Shown: positions 37,269-46,504 of the stretch, in pieces | Layout of the letters: every line of letters begins with the position of its first letter | How positions within the stretch are numbered: the first letter of the stretch is position 1 | Origin: a virus | Lineage: Duplodnaviria > Caudoviricetes | IMG/VR virus record: IMGVR_UViG_3300030207_001921 | Coordinates: 1-47,897 of that record | Strand: one strand, 5' to 3' | DNA length: 47,897 nt | The notes under the pieces: model-generated | The model's database searches: none | What the model was told of the DNA's origin: nothing | What the model saw: only the letters and a program-made list of their open reading frames with translations | Program-made: the position numbers and the translations under genes

Positions 37269-37990
37269 TATCTTTCTACCAACACACTTACATAATCAAC
37301 AACTAAACTTTTAGCTGCTGCTTCACCTGCTTGAACTGCTAATGTGACTGTAAGCTCTTCATTGTCAGGTAGGTTAGTATTTACTACTCCTACTGGTTCA
37401 GCATTATTAATAGCATAGAATACTTGGCTAGAGTTAGGATCAATAAAAAATGATGCCGTTACAAAAGTATCGTTCACCATAGTGTGAATTCCTGCACTCT
37501 CAGTTTCTGTAGAGTCCTTTTCAACTACAAAATCTAAATTAGTATCACCATCATCTTTAGTAAAGAAGATGCCATCTGAAACACCATCAATAGCTGTTGT
37601 ATCGGTTATTGCTAAACCGATTAAAGCATCAGATTGTGTTGCATCACTAAGTTTAAATCTGCATGAAAAGAATGCTCTTTTACTACCATCAATTAAAAAT
37701 GATTCACCTTTAAGCTGTAACTCTTCTGAGTCGTTATCTGCATCATTAGTGGTAATAATAAGCTGACCACCAGCTCCGCTTGTGATTTGTATAACTTCAC
37801 CAGAATCGCCACCACCATCTGTTGATGTGATAGTCCAGTCACCTGATACATAGTTTACGAAATCGTTAAAATAACCATAATACGTCTGATCTGACGGATA
37901 AGGTTGAAACATAGGTAAGTCCTTTTTGGACTTAGATGCGACAGTATTACCTGCCCATAAAATTTGGTTTTGAAAATGTGGATTAGACAT
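37268..37990 (-). CDS. Virion structural protein (240 aa, beta-rich)
   Basis: Acidic beta-sandwich-like composition; AAGGAG RBS. Confidence 0.65.
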   Translation of the reverse strand: MSNPHFQNQILWAGNTVASKSKKDLPMFQPYPSDQTYYGYFNDFVNYVSGDWTITSTDGGGDSGEVIQITSGAGGQLIITTNDADNDSEELQLKGESFLIDGSKRAFFSCRFKLSDATQSDALIGLAITDTTAIDGVSDGIFFTKDDGDTNLDFVVEKDSTETESAGIHTMVNDTFVTASFFIDPNSSQVFYAINNAEPVGVVNTNLPDNEELTVTLAVQAGEAAAKSLVVDYVSVLVER

Positions 37991-38065
37991 AAGAACTCCT
38001 TTTCTTTAAATGGAACACATCATGTGCCTCATTATGCTAATAGGTAAATTTTATATTAGCCTTTA

Positions 38066-38464
38066 CTATATATCAACTGGTAAATCATCTTTACCCTTTT
38101 CAAGAGATTTTACTGCTTTGTATAATTCTTGATAAGTATTCTTTATCTTTGGGTCTTTACCACAAATATCTAATAGATCGGCACCAATCATCTCTACTAA
38201 ACATTTAGCAGAGAATATTTTTTTCTCAATCTCTTCTAGAGATTTTTTTCTTTCGTCCATATTTTTTAAAAAGAATTTTTTAGATAAAGATAAGTTTATC
38301 AGTTTTTTTTCTAAAGATGTATAAGAGTGCCAATCTCTTATCTGTTTTTCTGATCTGCCACAACCTTTACAAATAATATCGCCCCAAGTTGTGCTACATC
38401 TACCAATACAAGGACTATCAGATAAGGATGTCGACTCTCCTATTATTTGACTTAAATTACTCAT
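38066..38464 (-). CDS. DUF1289-like Cys-rich protein
   Basis: DSPCIGRCSTT..D.ICKGCGR...I.DW. Confidence 0.8.
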   Translation of the reverse strand: MSNLSQIIGESTSLSDSPCIGRCSTTWGDIICKGCGRSEKQIRDWHSYTSLEKKLINLSLSKKFFLKNMDERKKSLEEIEKKIFSAKCLVEMIGADLLDICGKDPKIKNTYQELYKAVKSLEKGKDDLPVDI

Positions 38465-38488
38465 GCATCTACTCGAAGTAACATCATG

Positions 38489-38517
38489 AATATACTATAA
38501 GTAAGTTTATGTGTCAA
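38489..38517 (-). promoter_or_regulatory. Sigma70-type promoter for the DUF1289-like gene
   Basis: TTGACA-N17-TATATT. Confidence 0.65.
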
Positions 38518-38541
38518 AAAAAAAGGGCGCTAATGCGCCCT
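38516..38541 (-). terminator. Intrinsic terminator after the major capsid gene
   Basis: GGGCGC-N4-GCGCCC plus a U-tract. Confidence 0.85.
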
Positions 38542-38581
38542 ATCTGTAATACTGAGTAACAAACTGTACTACGAGTTCGTA

Positions 38582-39490
38582 TTATGCTCCTTGAGAACCA
38601 TCGACACATCTCCAGTTAGAGAACCCAAATGAGTATCTCTCTCTAGCTTTGTATCTCATGTTTCCTGTATCGAAGTCTCCTTCTAACGAAGTTTGCATTG
38701 GAGATCTAACAAAATACTTAAATCCGTCAGGTACATCTGTTTTAAAGAAATATGCATCTGGATCATTTAAGTAATGATTGACTACATATCCCTCTGGTAA
38801 CATACCTTGATTAACAACAGAGTTAATGTCGTTGTCAGAAGTTCCTACTCTTCCTGGTGAGCTTAACAGTCTATCAGCCACAAATTGAAGTTGTGGTGGA
38901 ACTATTAATTTTACACCTTGGAGAGCAATATTAAGACCTCTATCATCTGTTTGAGTAGAGATTCTAATAAGTGCATCTTCAATAGAAGTTTCATTCAAGT
39001 CAGCGAATGTGGATGCTCTATTAGCAGATGTCCCACCACTTGATAGTGGGTGTGAACTGTTAATAAGAGATACTCCATCACCACCTGGGAATGAACTTGA
39101 GAAAGCATTATTCAAAACACTTGCTGCTTTAATTTGCTTAGTATTTGCCATACTTCTAGCTAAAGCCTTTGTGTATCGAGAACCGAGTCTGTCATACAGG
39201 TTGTCCTCAACTGCTTCTTCTGTTAAAGCGAATGCAAGTGCAACTGTTTCATGCTCATATCTTGCTGTAAAGCCTTCGTTTGCATTGTCGAATGAAACAC
39301 CTTCACCCTCTGGTTTTACAGGGGCGTTTCCGAAACCAACAATCATTACTTCCTCTTCAAAAGCTCTGTCTGATGATTCTTCTTCATAGATTTCTGCATG
39401 TTCATTGTCATAACGTGCATATTCCATACCGAACAAGGCATTTAAGCCTGGCTCTAATTCTTTTGCTAATTGTGCTCTATTTATTGCCAT
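38582..39490 (-). CDS. Major capsid protein
   Basis: 302 aa; LEPGLNALFG..Y, K.EG, LIVPP.L, RERYSFG; follows the scaffold and precedes a terminator. Confidence 0.88.
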   Translation of the reverse strand: MAINRAQLAKELEPGLNALFGMEYARYDNEHAEIYEEESSDRAFEEEVMIVGFGNAPVKPEGEGVSFDNANEGFTARYEHETVALAFALTEEAVEDNLYDRLGSRYTKALARSMANTKQIKAASVLNNAFSSSFPGGDGVSLINSSHPLSSGGTSANRASTFADLNETSIEDALIRISTQTDDRGLNIALQGVKLIVPPQLQFVADRLLSSPGRVGTSDNDINSVVNQGMLPEGYVVNHYLNDPDAYFFKTDVPDGFKYFVRSPMQTSLEGDFDTGNMRYKARERYSFGFSNWRCVDGSQGA

Positions 39491-39503
39491 GATTAATTAC
39501 TCC

Positions 39504-40076
39504 TTAAATACCAGCGGTTTGTTCATAAGCGTGTTCATTTATCTTTACGATAACATTAATGTTAGCAGAACCTAATTCATTATTTTCAGAATCTTTTGAT
39601 ATACCAACTATTCTATAGTTAGCAGCAGATGATCCTGATGAACTAGCTACTTCAGCTTTTGATTGACCATTTAAGGTCGAACCAGCTGTATACGCTATAT
39701 CTACGTTTGCACCAATGTCTGTTCTAGCTAAAGAACCAGTACATTGTACTTCATATAGATTTAAAGGGTTATCCTCAACAAAGGCTACAATATCTCCTGT
39801 TGCTGTTTGGGCAGCAGGGAAATGAGCAGAGAATTCTACTTCTTTGCTACTTGAATTAACGAATTTACATCCTCTGAAAATACCAAGGATTTTTACATCG
39901 CCTGCAGCATCAGCCACATCGATAAATCCACCAGTTAACATCTTTACTGGATCTCCAGAAAATATTCCTTGGGTTGATCCTGATTCGATATTGTATTCGT
40001 GAACAGAATTATTTTGTCCACCACTACCTAGCGATCCAACCAGTTTAAACCCAAAAGGTGCATCTTTATTTGCCAT
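39504..40076 (-). CDS. Putative capsid decoration/cement protein
   Basis: MANKDAPFG...IFSGDPV; immediately upstream of the capsid gene. Confidence 0.6.
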   Translation of the reverse strand: MANKDAPFGFKLVGSLGSGGQNNSVHEYNIESGSTQGIFSGDPVKMLTGGFIDVADAAGDVKILGIFRGCKFVNSSSKEVEFSAHFPAAQTATGDIVAFVEDNPLNLYEVQCTGSLARTDIGANVDIAYTAGSTLNGQSKAEVASSSGSSAANYRIVGISKDSENNELGSANINVIVKINEHAYEQTAGI

Positions 40077-40102
40077 TTTAATTTACCTCTTAAAATTTGA
40101 AA

Positions 40103-40588
40103 TTATTTTCGTTTACCGCCTCCAAATGTAACACTTGAAGTTCTCCTTGGAGACATTATTGGAGAACGAGCATCAGATTCTTTCATGAGGTCGTTGTCTA
40201 CCGCTTCTTGTGCAGAATCAGTTCTGCCTTGGTAGTATGCGTTACGTTCGTTTCTTGTTTCCTCTGGAATCTTAGCTAGTAATAAACCACCAACACTAAC
40301 CACACCCGCGTGCTTTCCGTCTTGAATAGATGGTAAATCAAAATCTCCTATCTCTTCTGAGCGAACGAGTTCAAAACCCTCTCTCATTCTAGACATGACA
40401 TTTTTCTTATCATCTTCATTCAAAACTTCTGCTCTAATCCATCTATATACATAGCCTGGGGGATTAGGTGGAGTTTCTAACATACTTGGGGGAGCCCAAG
40501 GTTTGCGTGTTTCTTCTTTAACACGAGTTTCAGCAGAGCGGGACACTCTGTTATTACTTACAAATTTCCCTTTTTCGTCTCTTTCCAT
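40103..40588 (-). CDS. Conserved head-module protein (161 aa)
   Basis: W.PP..L...GYVYRWIR...GGLLLAKIP. Confidence 0.7.
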   Translation of the reverse strand: MERDEKGKFVSNNRVSRSAETRVKEETRKPWAPPSMLETPPNPPGYVYRWIRAEVLNEDDKKNVMSRMREGFELVRSEEIGDFDLPSIQDGKHAGVVSVGGLLLAKIPEETRNERNAYYQGRTDSAQEAVDNDLMKESDARSPIMSPRRTSSVTFGGGKRK

Positions 40589-40593
40589 TTTAA

Positions 40594-41517
40594 TTACCTT
40601 TTAACATGTTTTGCGTACTCACTAAGAGGTACGTTAAGTTTTTTTGCCATAGCTACTTCCGATGGAGATAGCTTGACTTGTTTTTTTGAACCTTTAACTT
40701 TTGTGTCCGCTCTTGCAGCCGAGGCTACTCTTTGTTGTGGTTTTTTCACATCAAATTTATGTGGGAACTCAAGTCTGATTCTACTATCAACCTCAGTATA
40801 ATACTCATCTGACTTTGGGTCAAAGCCTTCTTCTTCAACCAATTTCCTATGAATATTAAATGCGGCTAATGTCATAGTCTCATCTTCACCAAACCAAGTG
40901 TTTTTATCAGCCCAACTTTGTGCTTTTGGATCTGGTTCAGATGGAGTTGTTTGATAGCTAGGTACATTCTGCTGATAACCTTGTGGTTCGTTGTAGATAA
41001 CTTGTTGATTATTTTGTTCAACTTGATCTTGATACTCCACTTGGCTTTTGCTTTGTAGTATCTTGCTTTCTTCTACTGCTATTTTAGCTAATATATCTTG
41101 TGCTTTGGCAACTTTATCAAAGTCCGAAACCTCATGAGCATTTTTCAAAGCTGCTTGAGCTTGTGCCCTTTGTGATTTTAGTCTATTTTCTGCCTCAGCT
41201 AGATATGACCTATCAAGAGACGAACTTCTGTATCTAAGACTTTTATTCTCCTCTTGTAATTGTTGCGCATAATTAAATGCACTATCTTTAGCTCTTTCTT
41301 CCTCTCTTAACCGTCTAGTAAGATTGGCTATACGTTTTTTTACTCTTTCAGAATAATCACCAAGTTCATCATCACCTTGTGACTCATCTTCTGATTGAGC
41401 TTCGACAACCTCTGGTTCATCGTCATTTGAACTAGGGGCTGGTTCAGATACATCTTCCGAAGGGATTTCTACAACCTCACCTTCTTCGATATTATTTTCT
41501 ATTTCTTCAGCACTCAT
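40594..41517 (-). CDS. Putative scaffolding protein
   Basis: Acidic N-terminus, coiled coil, position between portal and capsid. Confidence 0.65.
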   Translation of the reverse strand: MSAEEIENNIEEGEVVEIPSEDVSEPAPSSNDDEPEVVEAQSEDESQGDDELGDYSERVKKRIANLTRRLREEERAKDSAFNYAQQLQEENKSLRYRSSSLDRSYLAEAENRLKSQRAQAQAALKNAHEVSDFDKVAKAQDILAKIAVEESKILQSKSQVEYQDQVEQNNQQVIYNEPQGYQQNVPSYQTTPSEPDPKAQSWADKNTWFGEDETMTLAAFNIHRKLVEEEGFDPKSDEYYTEVDSRIRLEFPHKFDVKKPQQRVASAARADTKVKGSKKQVKLSPSEVAMAKKLNVPLSEYAKHVKR

Positions 41518-41525
41518 TTTTACTC

Positions 41526-42011
41526 CTATACTGCAACGATGTCTGTAGGATCGTGTATAGTTGCTATCACTTCATCATCATTGATTATTCTGCATTCTGC
41601 ATCATCACCAAGTTTGAATCTAGCTCCAGCATATCGACCTATCAACACCCATTGTTTTTCATTACACCATTTCTCTCCAGAAAATCTTTTGTCTTTGTAA
41701 CATAACGGTCCCATCTTAACTACATAAGCACATACAGTTGCTAATGATTCTCTATCAACATGAGATTGTATTAAGTGTATACCACCCTCAGATACCCCTT
41801 TACCTTTAAACGGTAAGATAAGAATACGCCATCCAGTTGGCTGTGGCATTCTCTCAATTATACTTTTGTCTAATAAAGTTGGGTCTAAAACCCTTGATTG
41901 TTGAGGTATGTATGCTTGGTCAAGCTCCTCTCCAGTTTTATCGTTTTGTACTTCAATTTGTTTCGCAACGTGGTCAGGTACTATTACCTTGTTTGTCGTT
42001 TTCTTCGTCAT
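41526..42011 (-). CDS. groES: GroES/Cpn10-like co-chaperonin
   Basis: PTGWRILI...SEGGIHL...VVKMGP...YAG...IINDDEVIA. Confidence 0.85.
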   Translation of the reverse strand: MTKKTTNKVIVPDHVAKQIEVQNDKTGEELDQAYIPQQSRVLDPTLLDKSIIERMPQPTGWRILILPFKGKGVSEGGIHLIQSHVDRESLATVCAYVVKMGPLCYKDKRFSGEKWCNEKQWVLIGRYAGARFKLGDDAECRIINDDEVIATIHDPTDIVAV

Positions 42012-42195
42012 CTTGTATAACTCTTCCCAGCAGCTCTCTAAGTTCCATTTCCACATCAACGAGAGAACTGTAACGTCCACGCAGAAATTCATATTGAGAC
42101 ATGTCTTTTACACCAGCTAGTAGTGTATCTTTCACATCTTCTTTTCTCTCTCGAATATGTTTGATTAGTTTATCTCTAACCCAAATTACAGACAT
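41974..42195 (-). CDS. Hypothetical protein (73 aa)
   Basis: Operon packing. Confidence 0.7.
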   Translation of the reverse strand: MSVIWVRDKLIKHIRERKEDVKDTLLAGVKDMSQYEFLRGRYSSLVDVEMELRELLGRVIQDDEENDKQGNST

Positions 42196-42374
42196 TAATA
42201 AATACCAGAAAATTTAGTACCGTATTCTGCGATACCAACTCCTTTTGATTTACCTTTGCCCATACCTGGTTTAGGACTAACATCAGCAACAAAACTTTCC
42301 TTCTTAGAGTAAGAAAGATTACCCTTATTAGAGTAGCCTTGTTTGTTATTTAAAACTTTCTGTTCTTTAGCCAT
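42195..42374 (-). CDS. Small basic protein (59 aa), not in ORF track
   Basis: Read by hand: ...GKGKSKGVGIAEYGTKFSGIY; TAATG coupling. Confidence 0.6.
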   Translation of the reverse strand: MAKEQKVLNNKQGYSNKGNLSYSKKESFVADVSPKPGMGKGKSKGVGIAEYGTKFSGIY

Positions 42375-42389
42375 TTTTGAATTATTACA

Positions 42390-44861
42390 CTATTTGTTGT
42401 ATTTGTTAAGCAAATCTTGGATTTTTAATTGTTTCTGCTGATCTAGTCTTGCCCTTGCAGTATCGTCTCTCATCTCTGCAATATCCTCTTGTGCCGCTAT
42501 CCTTTCCCTATCTATCTTATCTTGCCTTGCAGAATCCTCTGCTTTTCGTTTTTGGTCAATAATAAATTGTTGTTGTTCTTGGGCTAGTTCTTGACCCTTC
42601 AATGCTATTTCTTGTCTTTTCAAAGTTATTAGAGGATCTTCGTCACTAGGTGCTGATATTTTTTCACTATACTCTGCGACTAACTGTGCAAGGATAGGTG
42701 AAGAAAATTGTGCTACAAGTTCATCACTTTGTAGTTTTAAATTGTTAGCATCTTCTGGACTTGCTTGTTGCATCTGTTGATTGATTTGGTCGTATTGATT
42801 TTTTAAATCTGGTGGCATTTGCTCTATGGCTAAATTATCTGCTTTCATTTGTAGGTGTTGCATTATGTGTGCATGTATTGTTGCTTGAACTTGTGCATTT
42901 GATTGTACTGGGGGTGTGTTAAATAAGCTCATATGTATAGCTATATGCGCATCATGATTCTGTTGTGGAAATGCAGTTTGTGGCATACCCATCATTAAAC
43001 CGTTATTTTCCATACCAGCTTCCATAGGCTGAGGGTCTGTTGGTGGGGGTGGTATCAATAATTGTTCAACATTATCTACACCTATGGCAGCATACATTCT
43101 TCTATATGATTCATAAATACCATTAGGGCCATGTATATCTGGATTTGATTGCACTAATGCCATCATCTCTTGTGCCATAGCAATTCTTTGTGATGTGCTA
43201 AATATATCTGGGTTTGAAACTGGAAAGACATCTACTCTATCATCAAAATCACTTGCCTTAACACTTTTTGCACCACCCATTGTTAAATAAGGATAATCTT
43301 CTGGTAAGTATTCTTGGAAGACTCTTGATAAAATAGCAAATTCTTTTTTCTGAGAATTATGTAATCTTTTATGTATTGCAGACAGTACCTTGGTTGATCT
43401 TTCTAGCAAAGCCATAGTTGTTCCTACTGGAGCTTGTGGGTTGCCTTGTCCAGTATTTATTTCTGCTATAGAAGCAAAAGTTTTACCAGAGTCTACTAAA
43501 ATACCTAACAAATTCAGTAAGGTGCTACTTGGTTCTTTGAAAGGTAAAGGTTGTATTGATTCTCTAAGAGAACCACCAGGGGCATCCACATCTCTGAATT
43601 CTCCAGGCTGTATAGGGGTATCTTCGTCCCTAATCCTAATACCTCTTGTCTTAAAACCAGCAGGAAGGTTAGACAGGGTACCTGCATCAATCAACTGCCT
43701 CATAATAGAAGTGGATGCCTTTGATAAACCACCTATCATATGAGTTAATCCAAAACCATAAAAGCCTAAACCAGGCAAAAATTTGAAATGTACGAAGTAT
43801 TCTATTTTTTTTCTTAACGGATCATCTTGTTTATAGTTTCTTCTAATTGAAAGAATATTGTTGGAGTTAGAGTCTATAGTGACAATGTAAGGTAATTTGA
43901 CTCCAGTATTTTCACCGTCAGAGTCTAAATCTTCAAATCCTTCTAAATCCAAATTACAATGCACTTCATACAGAACTGCAACTTCACTATCATCGTTTCT
44001 AGATTCTATACCAGTTAATTTTTCTATTTCATCTTCAACATCACCATACTGACTGTCATTACCATACTGAACATCTACCTTAGAATAAAAACCCATAGCT
44101 TGTTGTTTTCTAAGTTCATTCTCTGGCATTTTTATGATATGTGTGATACGACTACAAGAATCTAAATCAGTAGTGTAGTAAGGTACGATTAAATCTTCTG
44201 GGGCAACAAATTTAGAAACTGCTCTACCAAGAACATCATCGTAATATATTTTTTTAAAAGCAGAGCCAGCTAGAGGAAGATAAAATAAAAGTTGGTCTAA
44301 TTCTTGGTCATACTCTTGCATTTCATGAACTATTTGATAATTCATAAATTCTGCAACTCTTTGTGCTTGTGTTTCTAGTTCTGGACTATAGTCACCAACT
44401 ACTTGTGTTTTAACTGGTCCATTAGCGGGCAATAATTCTTTGTATGCTTGAGCTTGAAAACTGGTTACTGCTTCACCTAATAAAGGATGGATAACACCAG
44501 AGGCACCCTCAAAAGGCTCTGACCTATCTTCATCAAACTTCATACCTAGATATTTAAGACCATCTGTATATGTTTTTTCCCAATCTTTTCTTGATGACTT
44601 ATCTTTTTCTATTGATGCAATTAAATCATTTGCTACATTCATTAATTCTTCTGGATCAACTACCTCAGCTAAATTGCCATCAAAACTTACATCAACTAAT
44701 TCTTCTTCTTCACCTTGAACTGCACTACCATCTTCCAACAGAGTAAACCCATCTGGTGACGGTTCGTTTTCAATATTTATTATTTCATCAAACTGTTGCT
44801 CAACTTCAGTTTTGGGTTTGTTTGGATTGACCTCTATAGGTTCTTGTCTTTCTATTGCCAT
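42390..44861 (-). CDS. Portal protein
   Basis: 823 aa downstream of TerL; SRKDWE..Y, HPLL.EAV, PGLGFYGFG, long helical C-terminus. Confidence 0.85.
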   Translation of the reverse strand: MAIERQEPIEVNPNKPKTEVEQQFDEIINIENEPSPDGFTLLEDGSAVQGEEEELVDVSFDGNLAEVVDPEELMNVANDLIASIEKDKSSRKDWEKTYTDGLKYLGMKFDEDRSEPFEGASGVIHPLLGEAVTSFQAQAYKELLPANGPVKTQVVGDYSPELETQAQRVAEFMNYQIVHEMQEYDQELDQLLFYLPLAGSAFKKIYYDDVLGRAVSKFVAPEDLIVPYYTTDLDSCSRITHIIKMPENELRKQQAMGFYSKVDVQYGNDSQYGDVEDEIEKLTGIESRNDDSEVAVLYEVHCNLDLEGFEDLDSDGENTGVKLPYIVTIDSNSNNILSIRRNYKQDDPLRKKIEYFVHFKFLPGLGFYGFGLTHMIGGLSKASTSIMRQLIDAGTLSNLPAGFKTRGIRIRDEDTPIQPGEFRDVDAPGGSLRESIQPLPFKEPSSTLLNLLGILVDSGKTFASIAEINTGQGNPQAPVGTTMALLERSTKVLSAIHKRLHNSQKKEFAILSRVFQEYLPEDYPYLTMGGAKSVKASDFDDRVDVFPVSNPDIFSTSQRIAMAQEMMALVQSNPDIHGPNGIYESYRRMYAAIGVDNVEQLLIPPPPTDPQPMEAGMENNGLMMGMPQTAFPQQNHDAHIAIHMSLFNTPPVQSNAQVQATIHAHIMQHLQMKADNLAIEQMPPDLKNQYDQINQQMQQASPEDANNLKLQSDELVAQFSSPILAQLVAEYSEKISAPSDEDPLITLKRQEIALKGQELAQEQQQFIIDQKRKAEDSARQDKIDRERIAAQEDIAEMRDDTARARLDQQKQLKIQDLLNKYNK

Positions 44862-44862
44862 T

Positions 44863-45042
44863 TTAGTGTATCGTTTCGTTTGTGTTTAATTCTAAATTAG
44901 CCAAAGGAAACATCTCTCCAACTAATTTTAAATTTAAGTCTTTTGCTTGTCGATTAGCAGATTCTAAACTGTCTGCCATAATTACTGGCCCTTCAACATA
45001 ATTACCATCTTTTTCGTATTCGGTCATGTAAAATTGAATCAT
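44863..45042 (-). CDS. Hypothetical protein (59 aa), not in ORF track
   Basis: Read by hand; fills the terL-portal gap. Confidence 0.55.
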   Translation of the reverse strand: MIQFYMTEYEKDGNYVEGPVIMADSLESANRQAKDLNLKLVGEMFPLANLELNTNETIH

Positions 45043-45043
45043 T

Positions 45044-46504
45044 TTAGTAGTACATCCTTTTTACTGGTGCTTTTTGTTCATCTTCATAGTCATCTGATAG
45101 CGATACCAAACCACCCTCTCTAAAACGCATTAGAGCTTGAGTCATTGTATCACACAAATCATCATGTGCACCAAAAGGGAAACTTGCACACTCTTCTATC
45201 ATGTCTTCAGCAAATTTTCTTTGAGGTGCCCACACCAAACCAGACTCAAATATTGGAGCTACCGAATGCATCCTCGAATGTTTGTCATGACCCCTTGATG
45301 GAGAATAATTAACAACTGGTATACCTAATCTTCTAAGTTCTTGTGTGAGTGGTGTACCAGATGCTTTAGCCTCTATCAAAACCATATCTGGATCCCAATA
45401 TTTATATTCTTCTTGAGCTATTTTTTTAAGGTCTGGAAAATCCCATCTACCTTTTTGGCAGTCTAATAAAATTATTGAATCTGGTTGATCTTCACTTGGT
45501 CGAAACACACCCCAAGTAGATATAGCTGAGTAGTCAGCAGTTTGTTTTCTAGAGTATGCCGTATCATAAGATTGTATTATGTATTGAACGGATGGTAATT
45601 GTTCGTGTGCCCACTCTTGCCACCATTCTCTTTTTATTATAGAGCCTTCCTCGGCAGTTGGTGTTTGCATCCATTGTGAGTTCCATTTCATAGTAGGCAA
45701 AGATGCTTTGACTTTTTTTAATTCATCGATAGGCCAAAACTCTGGCCATAGTGGTTTGTCTGTATCTTCAAAGATAGCGGGAAACTCTATAACTTCCCAT
45801 TGGTCTGCTAACGGTTCTTTTTGTGCATTTATAAGTTTTGCAGTCAAATCAATATTACTCCATCTAGTCATCACTAAGACGATAGCCCCTTTTGGTTGTA
45901 ACCTTTGTCGAGGTCCAGAAGTATACCATTCCCAACATGCTTCCATTTGTGTTAGAGAGAGTGCATCTTGTTCAGAATGTGGATCATCAATTATTAACAA
46001 GTCTGCACCACGACCAGTTATAGCTCCACCTACACCAGCAGCAAAATACTCACCACCTTTGTTGGTTTCCCAACGACCAGCAGATTTAGAATCGGCAGAC
46101 AAAGAAACATCTGGAAATATTTTAGTGTAGTCTTCACTATCCATTAAGTTTCTTACTTTACGACCAAACCTTACAGCTAACTCACCAGTATGGGTTGTCT
46201 GCATTATTTTTTTATTTGGAAACTTACCCATTACCCAAGCGGGAAAATAAGTAGAAGCAAACTCTGATTTAGTGTGTCTAGGTGGCATATTAACAATCAG
46301 TCTGTTAATTTTGCCAGTAGCTATATCTTCTAATTTTTGAGCAAATATTTTGTGATGTCTGCCACAAATAAATTCTGGCCATATGTTGTTTATAAAATCT
46401 AAAAACTTATCTTGGCATGTTTCTTGTTTTTTTAAGTCGGCTAACCTTTCTTGTAAAAGATAGGCTTCTCTCAACTCACTATCTGAAAGATTTGTTAAAT
46501 TCAT
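45044..46504 (-). CDS. terL: Terminase large subunit
   Basis: NMPPRHTKS Walker A, LLIIDDP Walker B, SYDTA, HDDLCD nuclease motif. Confidence 0.93.
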   Translation of the reverse strand: MNLTNLSDSELREAYLLQERLADLKKQETCQDKFLDFINNIWPEFICGRHHKIFAQKLEDIATGKINRLIVNMPPRHTKSEFASTYFPAWVMGKFPNKKIMQTTHTGELAVRFGRKVRNLMDSEDYTKIFPDVSLSADSKSAGRWETNKGGEYFAAGVGGAITGRGADLLIIDDPHSEQDALSLTQMEACWEWYTSGPRQRLQPKGAIVLVMTRWSNIDLTAKLINAQKEPLADQWEVIEFPAIFEDTDKPLWPEFWPIDELKKVKASLPTMKWNSQWMQTPTAEEGSIIKREWWQEWAHEQLPSVQYIIQSYDTAYSRKQTADYSAISTWGVFRPSEDQPDSIILLDCQKGRWDFPDLKKIAQEEYKYWDPDMVLIEAKASGTPLTQELRRLGIPVVNYSPSRGHDKHSRMHSVAPIFESGLVWAPQRKFAEDMIEECASFPFGAHDDLCDTMTQALMRFREGGLVSLSDDYEDEQKAPVKRMYY

